In this document: positions 9,784-20,113 of the stretch, piece after piece | Numbering within the stretch: the stretch's first letter is position 1 | Layout: each line of letters begins with the position of its first letter | Virus record (IMG/VR): IMGVR_UViG_3300022305_000561 | Reading direction: 5' to 3' (one strand) | Source of the DNA: a virus | Lineage: Duplodnaviria; Caudoviricetes | DNA length: 64,000 nt | The notes under the pieces: model-generated | Told to the model about the DNA's origin: nothing | What the model saw: only the letters and a program-made list of their open reading frames with translations | The model's database searches: none | Translations under genes and position numbers: made by a program

Positions 9784-11814
9784 TTAGAACTTCAAAACAG
9801 TCTGTAATGTGACTGTCTGATCATTCGTTTGATAGAACGCTGCTCTATTGTCAATATACAACATATCACCACTGTATTTGTCAATGGTTGGATTTGCTGC
9901 TGTATGTACTATAAATGATGTTGTGTTGTTTGATAGAACATTTCCAGATACTGGTGTACTGTTAGAGTTAGGTTGCAATAATATTTTTATATCTGTACCT
10001 AAAACAATAGTGGACGAGATTACAGTATAAGTATCTCCAAACTCATCAGTAAGTATCATATCATCAGTTACAGTACCATTTGATAAAATTCCCTGAACCA
10101 CAAAGCAAGCACTGCCTAATGCATTTGAATATGTTAGTTCAGAATCATATTCTTGTATATTTTTTATTATTCCAAACTGACGATAATCATTATTGAAAGA
10201 AAAACCAGATACATTGGTTCCAGTAATAGTACTATAAAACATTAAGGTATCTGCATGTAGTTCATGCAAGATATGTTTTCCATGTCCTTTGTGTGGTGGT
10301 ATTATTGCTCTAGCTGATGCAAGTTCTGTAGGTGTAGTAATAAGGGCTGTAATATTTACAGTAGCATAGGTATACCCAAATCCTCTATTAGTAATAGTTA
10401 TTTTATGTAACTTATTATTTACTATTTCAGCAGTTGCTGTAGCCCCTTCTCCGTCTCCAGTAATATTAATATTTGCTGCAGTATATCCATTTCCTTGGTC
10501 GCTAACATGGATATAATCTATAGCGCCACTAACAGCTAACAATTCTATGTTAGCCTGAACTGTATCTATATTTCCACCAGATGTAGATATTACTATCTGA
10601 GCTGGGGTATCGGAAATAGTATTACCATATGCAGTAGCCGTAGCGGATCTATATGAATGTCCAGCATTGTCAATAATTACGCCAGTAATTTGACCAGCAG
10701 CAACTATAGCAGATAACTGAGCTTCAACGCCAGTATCACTTTGTACTACTATAGTGGTATTGTTTACATTATAATTAATACCTGGATCATTAAGGATAAC
10801 GTGTGTAATAACTCCATTAACAATAACAGGCGTAATTATAGCAGTTGCATTACCAGTAAATTGTCCAGTACCAGTACCAACTACGGTTAGTGTGGCAGTT
10901 GCATATCCAGTTCCACCAGAAATAATGTCAACAGTTGTTATTTCACCATTTACTGTTGATATTCTAGGACTCAATACTGCACCAACTCCTTTAACATTTC
11001 CTGTACCTAGACCAGTTCCAACTATTGTAGGAATAATAGCAGACCCAACAATATAGGTTATTCCAGTTGTACCAGCAATGGTATTCCATTGGGTATTTGT
11101 GGTTGTACCTAAGGTATTAATAACATATTGTCTACCTACTACCAACGAACCCATTGCAGTTGTACCACTACTTATGGTGATAGATGCTGTAGTATTAGAA
11201 GGGTATCCAGTTCCAGTATTTACTATAGACACTGTATCTATAGCACCATTATTATAAAAACTGCTATTAATTGCAGTAGTAATAGGAATATATAAATTAT
11301 TTAAGAATTTTACCCTTAATGATAATGGGATATTCATAGCAAATTTCCACTTGTACCCATCAGAAGTAATGAATGGTAAGTCATTATATCCAGTAGGTTT
11401 AACAGTAGACAAACTATTCAGATTATTATCTAGACACAGGTAAAGATTATATTCATCGGTTAATACATAAAAACGTGCTGTATTAATACTAGAAGCTCCT
11501 GAATATGACAAATTATCTATGGCATAAGAATCATCGTATGTATCATATATTGATGAAGCTTGCCAATTTATTCTCGGCACAACAAAGCTAACATCATTAG
11601 AAGCTATTTCTTTTACTGATATAATATCTTTTCTTGTAGATAGTGCATACTTATATGTTGATAGTGGAGTTTCTATATGCTCTACGCCATTTAATATAGT
11701 ATAAGGAACTGTTTTACCTAAAAAGTAATAAAACTTAGAGGATTTTGAGACAATACTGCTATATACAGAATCTGCAATAGTATTATGCATCAATGATGTT
11801 ATTGCAATAGTCAT
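9784..11814 (-). CDS. gp8: Baseplate wedge protein gp8-like
   Basis: VVPRINW...YD.Y, FYVLTDEYNLYLCLDN, DGYKWKF, NDYRQFGIIKN, KYSGDMLYIDNR. Confidence 0.85.
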   Translation of the reverse strand: MTIAITSLMHNTIADSVYSSIVSKSSKFYYFLGKTVPYTILNGVEHIETPLSTYKYALSTRKDIISVKEIASNDVSFVVPRINWQASSIYDTYDDSYAIDNLSYSGASSINTARFYVLTDEYNLYLCLDNNLNSLSTVKPTGYNDLPFITSDGYKWKFAMNIPLSLRVKFLNNLYIPITTAINSSFYNNGAIDTVSIVNTGTGYPSNTTASITISSGTTAMGSLVVGRQYVINTLGTTTNTQWNTIAGTTGITYIVGSAIIPTIVGTGLGTGNVKGVGAVLSPRISTVNGEITTVDIISGGTGYATATLTVVGTGTGQFTGNATAIITPVIVNGVITHVILNDPGINYNVNNTTIVVQSDTGVEAQLSAIVAAGQITGVIIDNAGHSYRSATATAYGNTISDTPAQIVISTSGGNIDTVQANIELLAVSGAIDYIHVSDQGNGYTAANINITGDGEGATATAEIVNNKLHKITITNRGFGYTYATVNITALITTPTELASARAIIPPHKGHGKHILHELHADTLMFYSTITGTNVSGFSFNNDYRQFGIIKNIQEYDSELTYSNALGSACFVVQGILSNGTVTDDMILTDEFGDTYTVISSTIVLGTDIKILLQPNSNSTPVSGNVLSNNTTSFIVHTAANPTIDKYSGDMLYIDNRAAFYQTNDQTVTLQTVLKF

Positions 11815-11823
11815 TTTATGTTC

Positions 11824-12270
11824 CTAAGAAATAGTAACGGACCATGTAATGGCAATACTATCTCCAGCTTCTTTGGTGACAACAGGAAATGTAGTTCTAC
11901 ATAACATAGATCCTGTAGATGCATTATTGAATATCCCTGCTTCTGTTAATGCACCAGTAGAAACCCCAGCACCAAAGGAAGCTATGTAAGTTACTGTATT
12001 ATTAAGTTGAGTTGCTGATGAAATTGCAACTCTTGAACCCAATGCAGATTGCAGGGCAGTATTTGCAACGGTAGGAGCATCAACGCCAGCCCCAATGCCC
12101 ATATGTGACATCACTGCATCAACTGCTCCAAGCATTCTTGAAATAATATGAGTCTTTCCCGTGGTAACTACCAAATTTGGAATATGTCTTTTATCTGTAA
12201 TAATACCATCAATGTTTGTTTTGATGATCATTAATTCGCCAGTCATTTTTAGTTGTTCAAATATATTCAT
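11824..12270 (-). CDS. Baseplate/tail structural protein
   Basis: NLVVTTGK..I.SRM, EAGIFN...G.MLCRTTFPVVTK...DSI.ITW; lies between gp7 and gp8. Confidence 0.7.
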   Translation of the reverse strand: MNIFEQLKMTGELMIIKTNIDGIITDKRHIPNLVVTTGKTHIISRMLGAVDAVMSHMGIGAGVDAPTVANTALQSALGSRVAISSATQLNNTVTYIASFGAGVSTGALTEAGIFNNASTGSMLCRTTFPVVTKEAGDSIAITWSVTIS

Positions 12271-12307
12271 TGTGGTTCCTTTATTAAAGATTATATGTTA
12301 TTTATGT

Positions 12308-13813
12308 TTAGAAAGTTTGTAAGGTAGTTCCACAATATGCAAACTCCACATATGTTATATCACAGTACGGATTTGTTGTTATAGCACCACTATCACTTAC
12401 ACTAGTACTATCTGAAAAAGCTTTACTAATTGATGCGCTATATACATCTCCAATACTAATACTTTCTGATAGTAGTTTGCTCATACTATAAGTGGAATTA
12501 TCACTAATAAAAATAGGATCATGTGGGGTTACTTGAAAAAATCTATTTAATATAGCCAGATATGCTGCTAATGAAATTTCGTTAGATAGGTTTTGTTCAC
12601 CAAACAATCTCATTCCTGCTGGATGTACTAAAGATTTTACTGGATTTTTATAAGAAGTTATAGATTCAGCAGAAGAAATTAGATATGAGAATAACTGATA
12701 ATAGTGGTCTTGTAATTTATATACATTAGATAAAAATCCATTTTCATCACCATAAAACCCAGGATATTTACGAACTGCACCAACTTTAATATTAAGTACT
12801 GCAGTATACTCATCATCGATGCTAGTATTTTCTGTTACTGAAGAGTCGGTATAAAATTCTTGTAAAATAGCACCACAATAAACTGGACTGCCATAATTTT
12901 CATCACAATATGGATTGGAGGATATTAAACCACTATCTATAAATCCTAAAGTTTTACTAATAATGTTTGGAAATATACTAATAACACTATCTGCAGCAGT
13001 TGTAGATGTTATAGTGGCATAGAATTCAAAATCATACCCATAACCAAAATTTATTAATTCTACTCCTGTTAGGTTGCCTAATGTGTCAATACTAGTAACT
13101 TTAATCTTAGCGTCTGTTCCTAAATTAGATGGTACTGTAAATAATTGTCCTACATAAAATCCTAATCCAGTTTTATATACAGAAGCTTTTGTAATAGATT
13201 TTTGTAATGTTGCAGTAACATCACCAAAAATTAGAATATCTCCAGAAGATATTGCACTATAATTTATCCGATCTATAAATACTTCAAATAAATTATCAAC
13301 AGGCCTAATCCTATTAACAGATACTAGTAATGAAAATTGTGAGTTACTTATACTAACTTGCTGTCCTACAATATCAAAAATATTTCCGCTAGTTACATCA
13401 ACTAAAAATGATAAATCTTGAACCCATGCGCCATCAGAAGACTTGAAGATATAGTCCTTTGGATATTTGATCTCAATTTCAGTATTAAACAAATGCCTAA
13501 ACAGAATCCTAAACGATTCCTCAGAACCTTTAGTTGAATAGAAATCCTTTATGTGCTTTAGAAAGAATTTATCATCTTTAATATCTGTTTTTGGTAGATC
13601 AATCCCAAACTCATTACATAACGATTCAACAAATTTGTCTAATGTTGTATCAATATCTCTGATTGTTGATAAGTTACCAACCCCAGATAGTTCTGTTTCC
13701 TTTAAGAATGTATAATATAGTTCAACGAATCTTGTGAATTTAGGATAATCCTCAACTACAAATTCAGGGAACTGGTTAGCTATTACAGACGATGCAGGTA
13801 TTTTATAAGCCAT
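12308..13813 (-). CDS. gp7: Baseplate wedge protein gp7-like
   Basis: QFPEFV.EDYPKF..F..YY.F, FY.TKGSEESFRILFR, YQLFSY, LVHPAG. Confidence 0.8.
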   Translation of the reverse strand: MAYKIPASSVIANQFPEFVVEDYPKFTRFVELYYTFLKETELSGVGNLSTIRDIDTTLDKFVESLCNEFGIDLPKTDIKDDKFFLKHIKDFYSTKGSEESFRILFRHLFNTEIEIKYPKDYIFKSSDGAWVQDLSFLVDVTSGNIFDIVGQQVSISNSQFSLLVSVNRIRPVDNLFEVFIDRINYSAISSGDILIFGDVTATLQKSITKASVYKTGLGFYVGQLFTVPSNLGTDAKIKVTSIDTLGNLTGVELINFGYGYDFEFYATITSTTAADSVISIFPNIISKTLGFIDSGLISSNPYCDENYGSPVYCGAILQEFYTDSSVTENTSIDDEYTAVLNIKVGAVRKYPGFYGDENGFLSNVYKLQDHYYQLFSYLISSAESITSYKNPVKSLVHPAGMRLFGEQNLSNEISLAAYLAILNRFFQVTPHDPIFISDNSTYSMSKLLSESISIGDVYSASISKAFSDSTSVSDSGAITTNPYCDITYVEFAYCGTTLQTF

Positions 13814-13815
13814 TG

Positions 13816-15615
13816 TTATCTACTAGGCGAAAAGATATAATCTGACCCTACAACTTTCGTTTCGGCTACTGCTGAAACAGAGAGCGTTAATGGGTCTATC
13901 CTAACAATATGATCCCTGACTGAGACTATATCATTAGATTGTAATTTCATAGTAATCACAAAATCTGATTCTGTTAGGTTTGTAATATTTAAAGCATTGA
14001 GTTGAATCTTACCTATGGAATAATCTACAGTACCTTGAGTTGAATTGGTAATAACCCTATTTCTATTTACATCCAAATAGAATCTTTGTAATTTACCTAA
14101 CCCATCATCATTAATGTATTGAACCTTCGTATCGCCAGCAACATAAAATCCATTAGACATAATAGAGTCTTCTGGCACACCAGCTTCATATATTGGGTTA
14201 TCAACATGAAACAAATAATTAGCAGTAATGTTAAATTTTGGAGCAACCTTTCTGCTTATAGTCAAATAAGTTATATTGCTTGTTATTGAAGTATCTGTTG
14301 CATCTATAAGACTTAACACTTTAGAATATCTGAATATAGAGTCAAACTTTTTCAAATCTGTATCATTATACCCCAATATGTTATTTGTTACATTAGTAAT
14401 CAATTGTGTAGAAGATAATGTAGTCAAGTTTGGATTATAGTATATTGTACTATGTAATTTTATGTTTAGGTAGAATGGGTCTACAAACTCAGGTGTGATC
14501 GTTAAAATCTTTTTTGATTTAAGAATTTCTTCCTTAATCATAGATTTCTCATTTGCTGATAACACTGAACTAGTTTTGGGTGCTATTGATATAAACACTT
14601 TACCGTATACTGGAGGAATATTCTCATCTCCACCCCAAACTTGGATTGAATCAACATTAGTGAAGTTGTTTAATATTATTGATTTATAATCTTCATTAGT
14701 TACTGCTCTATTTGAGGCGCTGTAACTTTTTGGTGCATTATGTTTTATTTCATCAATAGTTTCAGGATCAGCCCCACCAGATGATGCAGATATGGTAGAA
14801 ATAACAGATTGCCCTAGAAGACTACAAGCAAATAATTTGGCTCCATTTGCAGCACCCTTATTAGTAACCACATAAGATAACTGAACCACGTTGCCGTTTG
14901 TCACAGCCTTACCTATTCTGTCATTACCAAACTGAATCTCATACTGACCATTCTCAATCTCTTTGAGGAAATAGACAGCATCTGTTGAATTTATAGTTAA
15001 TACATCTAAGGCTCTTCTAAACTTAGTAACGTTGCTTGAGCTGGCACTATCTCTGACATTAATAGTCAATGTTGATATATCACAATTAGCATTTGATATA
15101 CGATATCTAGCAGAATCAGACACCACATAAGATTGAGTTAAAGGAGTTCCCTCTATCAACTTAACGTTGTTGAATGTGTACTTACCTGCTATGTTTATTG
15201 TTGTATATGATGCATCAGTATAAAACACATAAGAAGTTCCATTGACTGTAGTAGTGAATGGTGTCAACTCACTCAATACTAACGTATCAGGAGTGTTGCT
15301 TACATTAGATATGACTATATTAACAGTTGCTCTTGAAGTTGTTGCAGACCTTGGAAGGTAACCCAACTCAAATGCTCTTGATACAACACTTTCCCTTTTT
15401 GCCGCTGAATCGAGAAACGATTCATTAACAGCCAAGTTGGTATATAGTGCATTGTAATGTGTATTGTATGATAATACATCTAACAGGACAGATAGACCTG
15501 AACCCTCAAAATCATAATCAGAAAGGTCTGATTGACCCCTAAGGAATGTCTTAAAATTGGATTTGATGTTATCAAAATCTAATTCTGTAGTCGTTATGTT
15601 GTTATTCGTAGCCAC
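13816..15615 (-). CDS. gp6: Baseplate wedge protein gp6
   Basis: ELDFDNIK, DYDFEGSGLSVLLDVLSYNTHYN, RAVT..DY, VWGGDENIPPVYGKVFI. Confidence 0.92.
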   Translation of the reverse strand: MATNNNITTTELDFDNIKSNFKTFLRGQSDLSDYDFEGSGLSVLLDVLSYNTHYNALYTNLAVNESFLDSAAKRESVVSRAFELGYLPRSATTSRATVNIVISNVSNTPDTLVLSELTPFTTTVNGTSYVFYTDASYTTINIAGKYTFNNVKLIEGTPLTQSYVVSDSARYRISNANCDISTLTINVRDSASSSNVTKFRRALDVLTINSTDAVYFLKEIENGQYEIQFGNDRIGKAVTNGNVVQLSYVVTNKGAANGAKLFACSLLGQSVISTISASSGGADPETIDEIKHNAPKSYSASNRAVTNEDYKSIILNNFTNVDSIQVWGGDENIPPVYGKVFISIAPKTSSVLSANEKSMIKEEILKSKKILTITPEFVDPFYLNIKLHSTIYYNPNLTTLSSTQLITNVTNNILGYNDTDLKKFDSIFRYSKVLSLIDATDTSITSNITYLTISRKVAPKFNITANYLFHVDNPIYEAGVPEDSIMSNGFYVAGDTKVQYINDDGLGKLQRFYLDVNRNRVITNSTQGTVDYSIGKIQLNALNITNLTESDFVITMKLQSNDIVSVRDHIVRIDPLTLSVSAVAETKVVGSDYIFSPSR

Positions 15616-15626
15616 AGTATATCCTT

Positions 15627-16241
15627 TTAACGTGCTCTTTCCAATACTAAGTCAATTCTTAGTGGTTGTGTAGTATTTATAATCTGAAAATAGATGGTTA
15701 CATTAGCAGAGTATGATTCAGAATTCATATCAACTATTACGTTCAATAATTGAACTCTAGGTTCATATCCAGTAATAACATCGGTGATAGAATGTTGTAA
15801 AAGTATTTGGGTCATTGGAGTTGCAAGTTCAAACATAAGAGCTTTGACTTGAGAACCTATCTGACTATGAAACGGTCTTTCGTAGTTCATAGTCAAGACC
15901 AAATGTTTAATTGATGCTTTTATAGCATTAGCATCAGCCTTGATTGATATATCAGCAGGAGTTGAATACTTGAATGTACTATTGGTAGTTGGTTGAGATA
16001 CACCCGTATATAGTTCTAATGATGTATTTGAAGTTATAGTTTTGACCTTACCAATAAGTTTTGATTCCACATATAGGTTATCGTGTTCTGCCATTGCAGA
16101 TACAAATAAACTATCAGCACCAACTACTGTTGTTGAGTTAAGGGTAGTCGTTATGGTTCCAATTCCTGTGTGTCTATCTTGTGAAGATGGCGCAGGTAGG
16201 AAGTTGAGGTCTATGTCTGTAAATGTTCTTGTATTTTTCAT
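15627..16241 (-). CDS. gp25: Baseplate wedge gp25 (sheath initiator) with an N-terminal insertion
   Basis: FTDIDLNF...AIKASIKHLVLT..YERPF....GS, YEPRV. Confidence 0.88.
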   Translation of the reverse strand: MKNTRTFTDIDLNFLPAPSSQDRHTGIGTITTTLNSTTVVGADSLFVSAMAEHDNLYVESKLIGKVKTITSNTSLELYTGVSQPTTNSTFKYSTPADISIKADANAIKASIKHLVLTMNYERPFHSQIGSQVKALMFELATPMTQILLQHSITDVITGYEPRVQLLNVIVDMNSESYSANVTIYFQIINTTQPLRIDLVLERAR

Positions 16242-16258
16242 ATAAGTATTTATTCCTA

Positions 16259-16561
16259 TTATCCTGCAAACACTGAACCTGAGCCAGATGATATTGACCC
16301 AGAATCTGCTGAGTCTCCATTCCTAGCAATAGCAATGCCATCAACAAATACTGAACTTGATCCAGCATTTATAACAGCAGTATGTGGAACACAAGCATTT
16401 CCAGCTGGTATCGTATGAACTGTTATAGCATCCCCTAACCTACAAGCACCAATGCCATCAACAAATACTGAACTTGATCCTGCTTGAGTTGAAGTCGTTC
16501 CTGTACAACCATGCCCTGTACTTACTGAATCAGTCCCACTTTTCCTTGCTACTGCTGGCAT
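16259..16561 (-). CDS. PAAR spike-tip protein (gp5.4-like)
   Basis: MPAVAR, repeated GSSSVFVDG.G/A.R.GD, His/Cys metal ligands. Confidence 0.9.
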   Translation of the reverse strand: MPAVARKSGTDSVSTGHGCTGTTSTQAGSSSVFVDGIGACRLGDAITVHTIPAGNACVPHTAVINAGSSSVFVDGIAIARNGDSADSGSISSGSGSVFAG

Positions 16562-16570
16562 ATCTAATCC

Positions 16571-19411
16571 TTATGAAAATAGTTTCTTCAATCCTGAAGA
16601 GTGTTTACTTTGATCAACATATGTGTATGTTTGACCTACGTTACCTTCTGTAGAATATGATACGTGAACCCATCTGGAAGCACCATTATTCTTATATTCC
16701 ATAATAAGTTTATTGTATGGTAAAACTTTTTCCAACTTAGTGACCAAAGCAAATAGATTATCAACACTGTTATTGTCTATGAATTGAAAATCTATTGCTC
16801 TGCCTTTATTATGATCTGAAGATGCTTTAGATGAGGCAACTGCCCCTTCAGTCCTAAATCCTGAAGTTAGCATCCAAGTGGCTCCATTACCACCACCCTG
16901 ACAAGCGCCCAATTCTTTATAGATGGGTTCTAATATATTCTCACACAATGCAGATAGGTTAGCCACAATCGTTTGTTTTGTGTATAACTTTCTATTACTA
17001 GATCCTGCTGAGGGTAAACTAACATCAGTGATGCTATATTTACCACCCAAGGTCAACATACCTAATGTGAAATGCTCAGACAATTTATAACTTAAGGGGA
17101 ATCCAGATTGATTATTAATTTCATTCAACTTATCTGCAGATATACCTTTACCAGAACCAGCTCCACCAGATACTGCAACTGAATCTTCATCTGTTGGATT
17201 CTTAATAGCATTGTGTTCATATGCGCTTGTTGTATATAAACTATTAGCTGCCTTTTGTCCACTTGGTGAGTTCCAATCATCTTCCTCTTCATATTTAAAC
17301 TCGCCAGAAGCTGACCTTTGAGGTGGTTTCAAGTTTGCGTAAGGTTGGTTATATGCAGATTCAACTGGCGGCACAACAAGTCTGTGTCTACTTGCACTGT
17401 TAGCTGCAGATAATGAAGTTTTAGTTTCGATAGGAGCTCCAGCATATTTGACATCATATACATTTGGAGTTCCACCACCAAACAAGCTTGATAATCCTGA
17501 ACTCAACGGTAATCCGCTCAATATATCATCTATAGCAGTTTTAGGTAAAGTATTTGGATTATATGTTCCTGCTGGGTTCAATGCTGTCTCTACCAGAACC
17601 TGTTCTTTTGCTCTATCTTTAATTTCTTTACCAGCAAAGTCAACAGGTTTCTTAGCAGCCCCTAATAATGGTAATTCTGTTATATCTTTAATATCAATTT
17701 CTGTACCATTCAAGTCTATTTTAGCTGATTTCATTGATATTATATTTGTAGCATTCAATACTGCTGTTCCAACTGATTTTAATTCTAAATTACCAGTCAA
17801 AGTTTGAGCTTTGAATGTTCCAGTTTTTATTTCAGTTGATTCTGCTATATCAAGTTTGAATGTCTTAGCCTTGATTTGGAAGTCAGCAGGAGTTTCCAAC
17901 TTAAAACTACTTGACATCTTCATAAGAGTTTCAGCAGTAGAAGCAGTATCACCACCTTCCATACTCATGGACTTAGAAGTCTTAAGTTTTAAAGCATCAG
18001 TAGATTCAATAGACATAGTACCAATTGATCTTGTGTTTGATGTCTTACCGACTTCAACGTTATAGTTACCTTCTACTAGAACATTGTAATCACCACCAAC
18101 AGCAATATTAAGGTCTTTTGCAACTCCAATATTAGCATCATTATGGAATACAGCATCAACTTGACCTTTCACTTCAAGATTTGCATCACCTTGACATAGG
18201 ATATTCATTGGACCTGAAACTGTCAGGTTGCAAGTTCCATTGATGAATATGTTTCCATTACGTTCAGTAATGTAGAAGCCATCACCAACAATATAGTTGA
18301 TTTGAGAACCATTAGGATCTATTTCAATGAATGTACCTTTCTTATGATATAGATTAACACGTTCACCTTGAGGGCTATCATCAAATTCTAATACGTGACC
18401 TGATTCAGACTCAAATACTTTATTGTATGGATATACTGTATTGTATGCTGATTGAGGTTGATCGTATGTGCCAATAGTATTTGCTATTGGGATATCAGTC
18501 TTTCTAGTAGTATCTTTATATTTTATGTTTGTGCCTTCAATAATACCCCGAGCAAGTCGGTTAGTATCAGGCTCATTCATATAATCCCTGAGGGGATATT
18601 TACCCTCAGGATCAGTAAATCCATTTGTATTGAAGTTGGCTGTTCTATCTTCAGTATATGCCTCTTTCTTATTAGGAGATGACATATCAATTTCTTTTTG
18701 TGTCTTATTGATGGCTGTACTAGTAGCATCTTTAGTGGTTGGTGGATTGGCAGCAACACCCCCCAAGAAATATTCATAATATCTAACTTTATGTCTGTAT
18801 GAATCAGAACCTGCAGGGTCTCCAGGATTAACTGCAGTCAATGCTTTGAATATGAATCCAGGTTCATACTGAAGAGTCTTCCAACGAGGGATTCTCATCT
18901 TTATAAATTCAACTGCAACGTTGGCACACAACTCCATAACAGTATCGTCTGTACCAACCATTACATCTGGATTGCTGGCTAAATCTTTTCCAACCAACTT
19001 ACCTAATGCGACATAATTGTCTTTGTGAGTAAGTTGTATAAATCCTCTACCGTAGTATTGACCAGCAGCAGGAGTAGCTCCATTTCGTGTTCCATAGAAC
19101 CAACCAAAGAATTCCTGCTTTGACATATCCTTGCCACCAGCATTACTTCCATATTTTTCAGCATCAGCCTCAGTCACTCTTGGTTTTGTCAAAAGTGTTG
19201 CTTTCTTGTATCCGTGTTGTTCTTGAACAGGTAACCAAACACTCTCAACTCCAATGATACCTAAAATAGCACATTGAGCATATTTTGAATCTAGTCCTCT
19301 ACTTTTGCAAGCCTTTTTTATAGCAGCAATACCACGCATTGCTCCTTGAGTTGCTTTAGCTTCTGATGGAGGTGTATCTGGAATTGGTATGCTTTCTATT
19401 GGATCAGCCAT
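16571..19411 (-). CDS. gp5: Baseplate spike gp5, C-terminal part: GH19-like muramidase + beta-helix + peptidase M15
   Basis: YYGRGFIQLTHKDNY (GH19); YPYNKVFESESGHVLEFDD..GER...YH..GT (gp5 beta-helix); SSDHNKGRAIDF...WVHVSY (M15). Confidence 0.85.
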   Translation of the reverse strand: MADPIESIPIPDTPPSEAKATQGAMRGIAAIKKACKSRGLDSKYAQCAILGIIGVESVWLPVQEQHGYKKATLLTKPRVTEADAEKYGSNAGGKDMSKQEFFGWFYGTRNGATPAAGQYYGRGFIQLTHKDNYVALGKLVGKDLASNPDVMVGTDDTVMELCANVAVEFIKMRIPRWKTLQYEPGFIFKALTAVNPGDPAGSDSYRHKVRYYEYFLGGVAANPPTTKDATSTAINKTQKEIDMSSPNKKEAYTEDRTANFNTNGFTDPEGKYPLRDYMNEPDTNRLARGIIEGTNIKYKDTTRKTDIPIANTIGTYDQPQSAYNTVYPYNKVFESESGHVLEFDDSPQGERVNLYHKKGTFIEIDPNGSQINYIVGDGFYITERNGNIFINGTCNLTVSGPMNILCQGDANLEVKGQVDAVFHNDANIGVAKDLNIAVGGDYNVLVEGNYNVEVGKTSNTRSIGTMSIESTDALKLKTSKSMSMEGGDTASTAETLMKMSSSFKLETPADFQIKAKTFKLDIAESTEIKTGTFKAQTLTGNLELKSVGTAVLNATNIISMKSAKIDLNGTEIDIKDITELPLLGAAKKPVDFAGKEIKDRAKEQVLVETALNPAGTYNPNTLPKTAIDDILSGLPLSSGLSSLFGGGTPNVYDVKYAGAPIETKTSLSAANSASRHRLVVPPVESAYNQPYANLKPPQRSASGEFKYEEEDDWNSPSGQKAANSLYTTSAYEHNAIKNPTDEDSVAVSGGAGSGKGISADKLNEINNQSGFPLSYKLSEHFTLGMLTLGGKYSITDVSLPSAGSSNRKLYTKQTIVANLSALCENILEPIYKELGACQGGGNGATWMLTSGFRTEGAVASSKASSDHNKGRAIDFQFIDNNSVDNLFALVTKLEKVLPYNKLIMEYKNNGASRWVHVSYSTEGNVGQTYTYVDQSKHSSGLKKLFS

Positions 19412-19419
19412 AATATACC

Positions 19420-20106
19420 TTAAAAGTTTTTATCGAAGTAAGCTAATGCTTCTTCTTTAGTGTTGAATGCCATACTTGTTCCTTTGAATGGTAGATATTG
19501 TGGTTCTTCCCATTGTTCAGGTTTAGATAATGTAGCATTGAATTTCTTGGTGTTCTCATCAAACGATATTGTTGCTATAGTTGTCTCTGATGTATTATCG
19601 TTTACATTGTAGGTGGTATATGTCCCATCAGACAACTGTGTATTGACAGCATTAATATGATATTTACTAGCGGTTGCTTGAACTTCACCAGCACCAGAAT
19701 CACTTGCTATTGAATCGATCAGGTCTGTTATAGAGTCACCTGTTGAACTAACCAATTCACCACTATCATCAGTAGATACAACACCATTAGTTACTTCAGA
19801 AACATATGCAGCAGACCGTGTTTGAGGTATACCACCAATTGTTCCAATCATAACAGGTTGTTGTTGAAACTCATCCATAAAGATTACTATGACCCAAGTT
19901 CCTTGAACCACTCCTGTTGGACTCCAACCTAAGCCATTCATAGAAGCTGAATTGATAGGCAGCATGGGATGAGCCCAAGGTAAATCGAATGTTGGGAGAT
20001 CGATTTTGTTGTCTGTATGAAGACCAACGACCCTAACTTGACATCTGCCTAGTTTCAAAGGATCCATCCGATTTTCAACTACCCCAGTATAAAATGTCTG
20101 ATTCAT
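19420..20106 (-). CDS. gp5: gp5 N-terminal OB-fold protein, encoded as a separate gene
   Basis: GVVENRMDPLKLGRCQVRVVGLHT...LPWA.P...G.WV...F.D...QQP..IGTI. Confidence 0.88.
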   Translation of the reverse strand: MNQTFYTGVVENRMDPLKLGRCQVRVVGLHTDNKIDLPTFDLPWAHPMLPINSASMNGLGWSPTGVVQGTWVIVIFMDEFQQQPVMIGTIGGIPQTRSAAYVSEVTNGVVSTDDSGELVSSTGDSITDLIDSIASDSGAGEVQATASKYHINAVNTQLSDGTYTTYNVNDNTSETTIATISFDENTKKFNATLSKPEQWEEPQYLPFKGTSMAFNTKEEALAYFDKNF

Positions 20107-20113
20107 ATATGTC

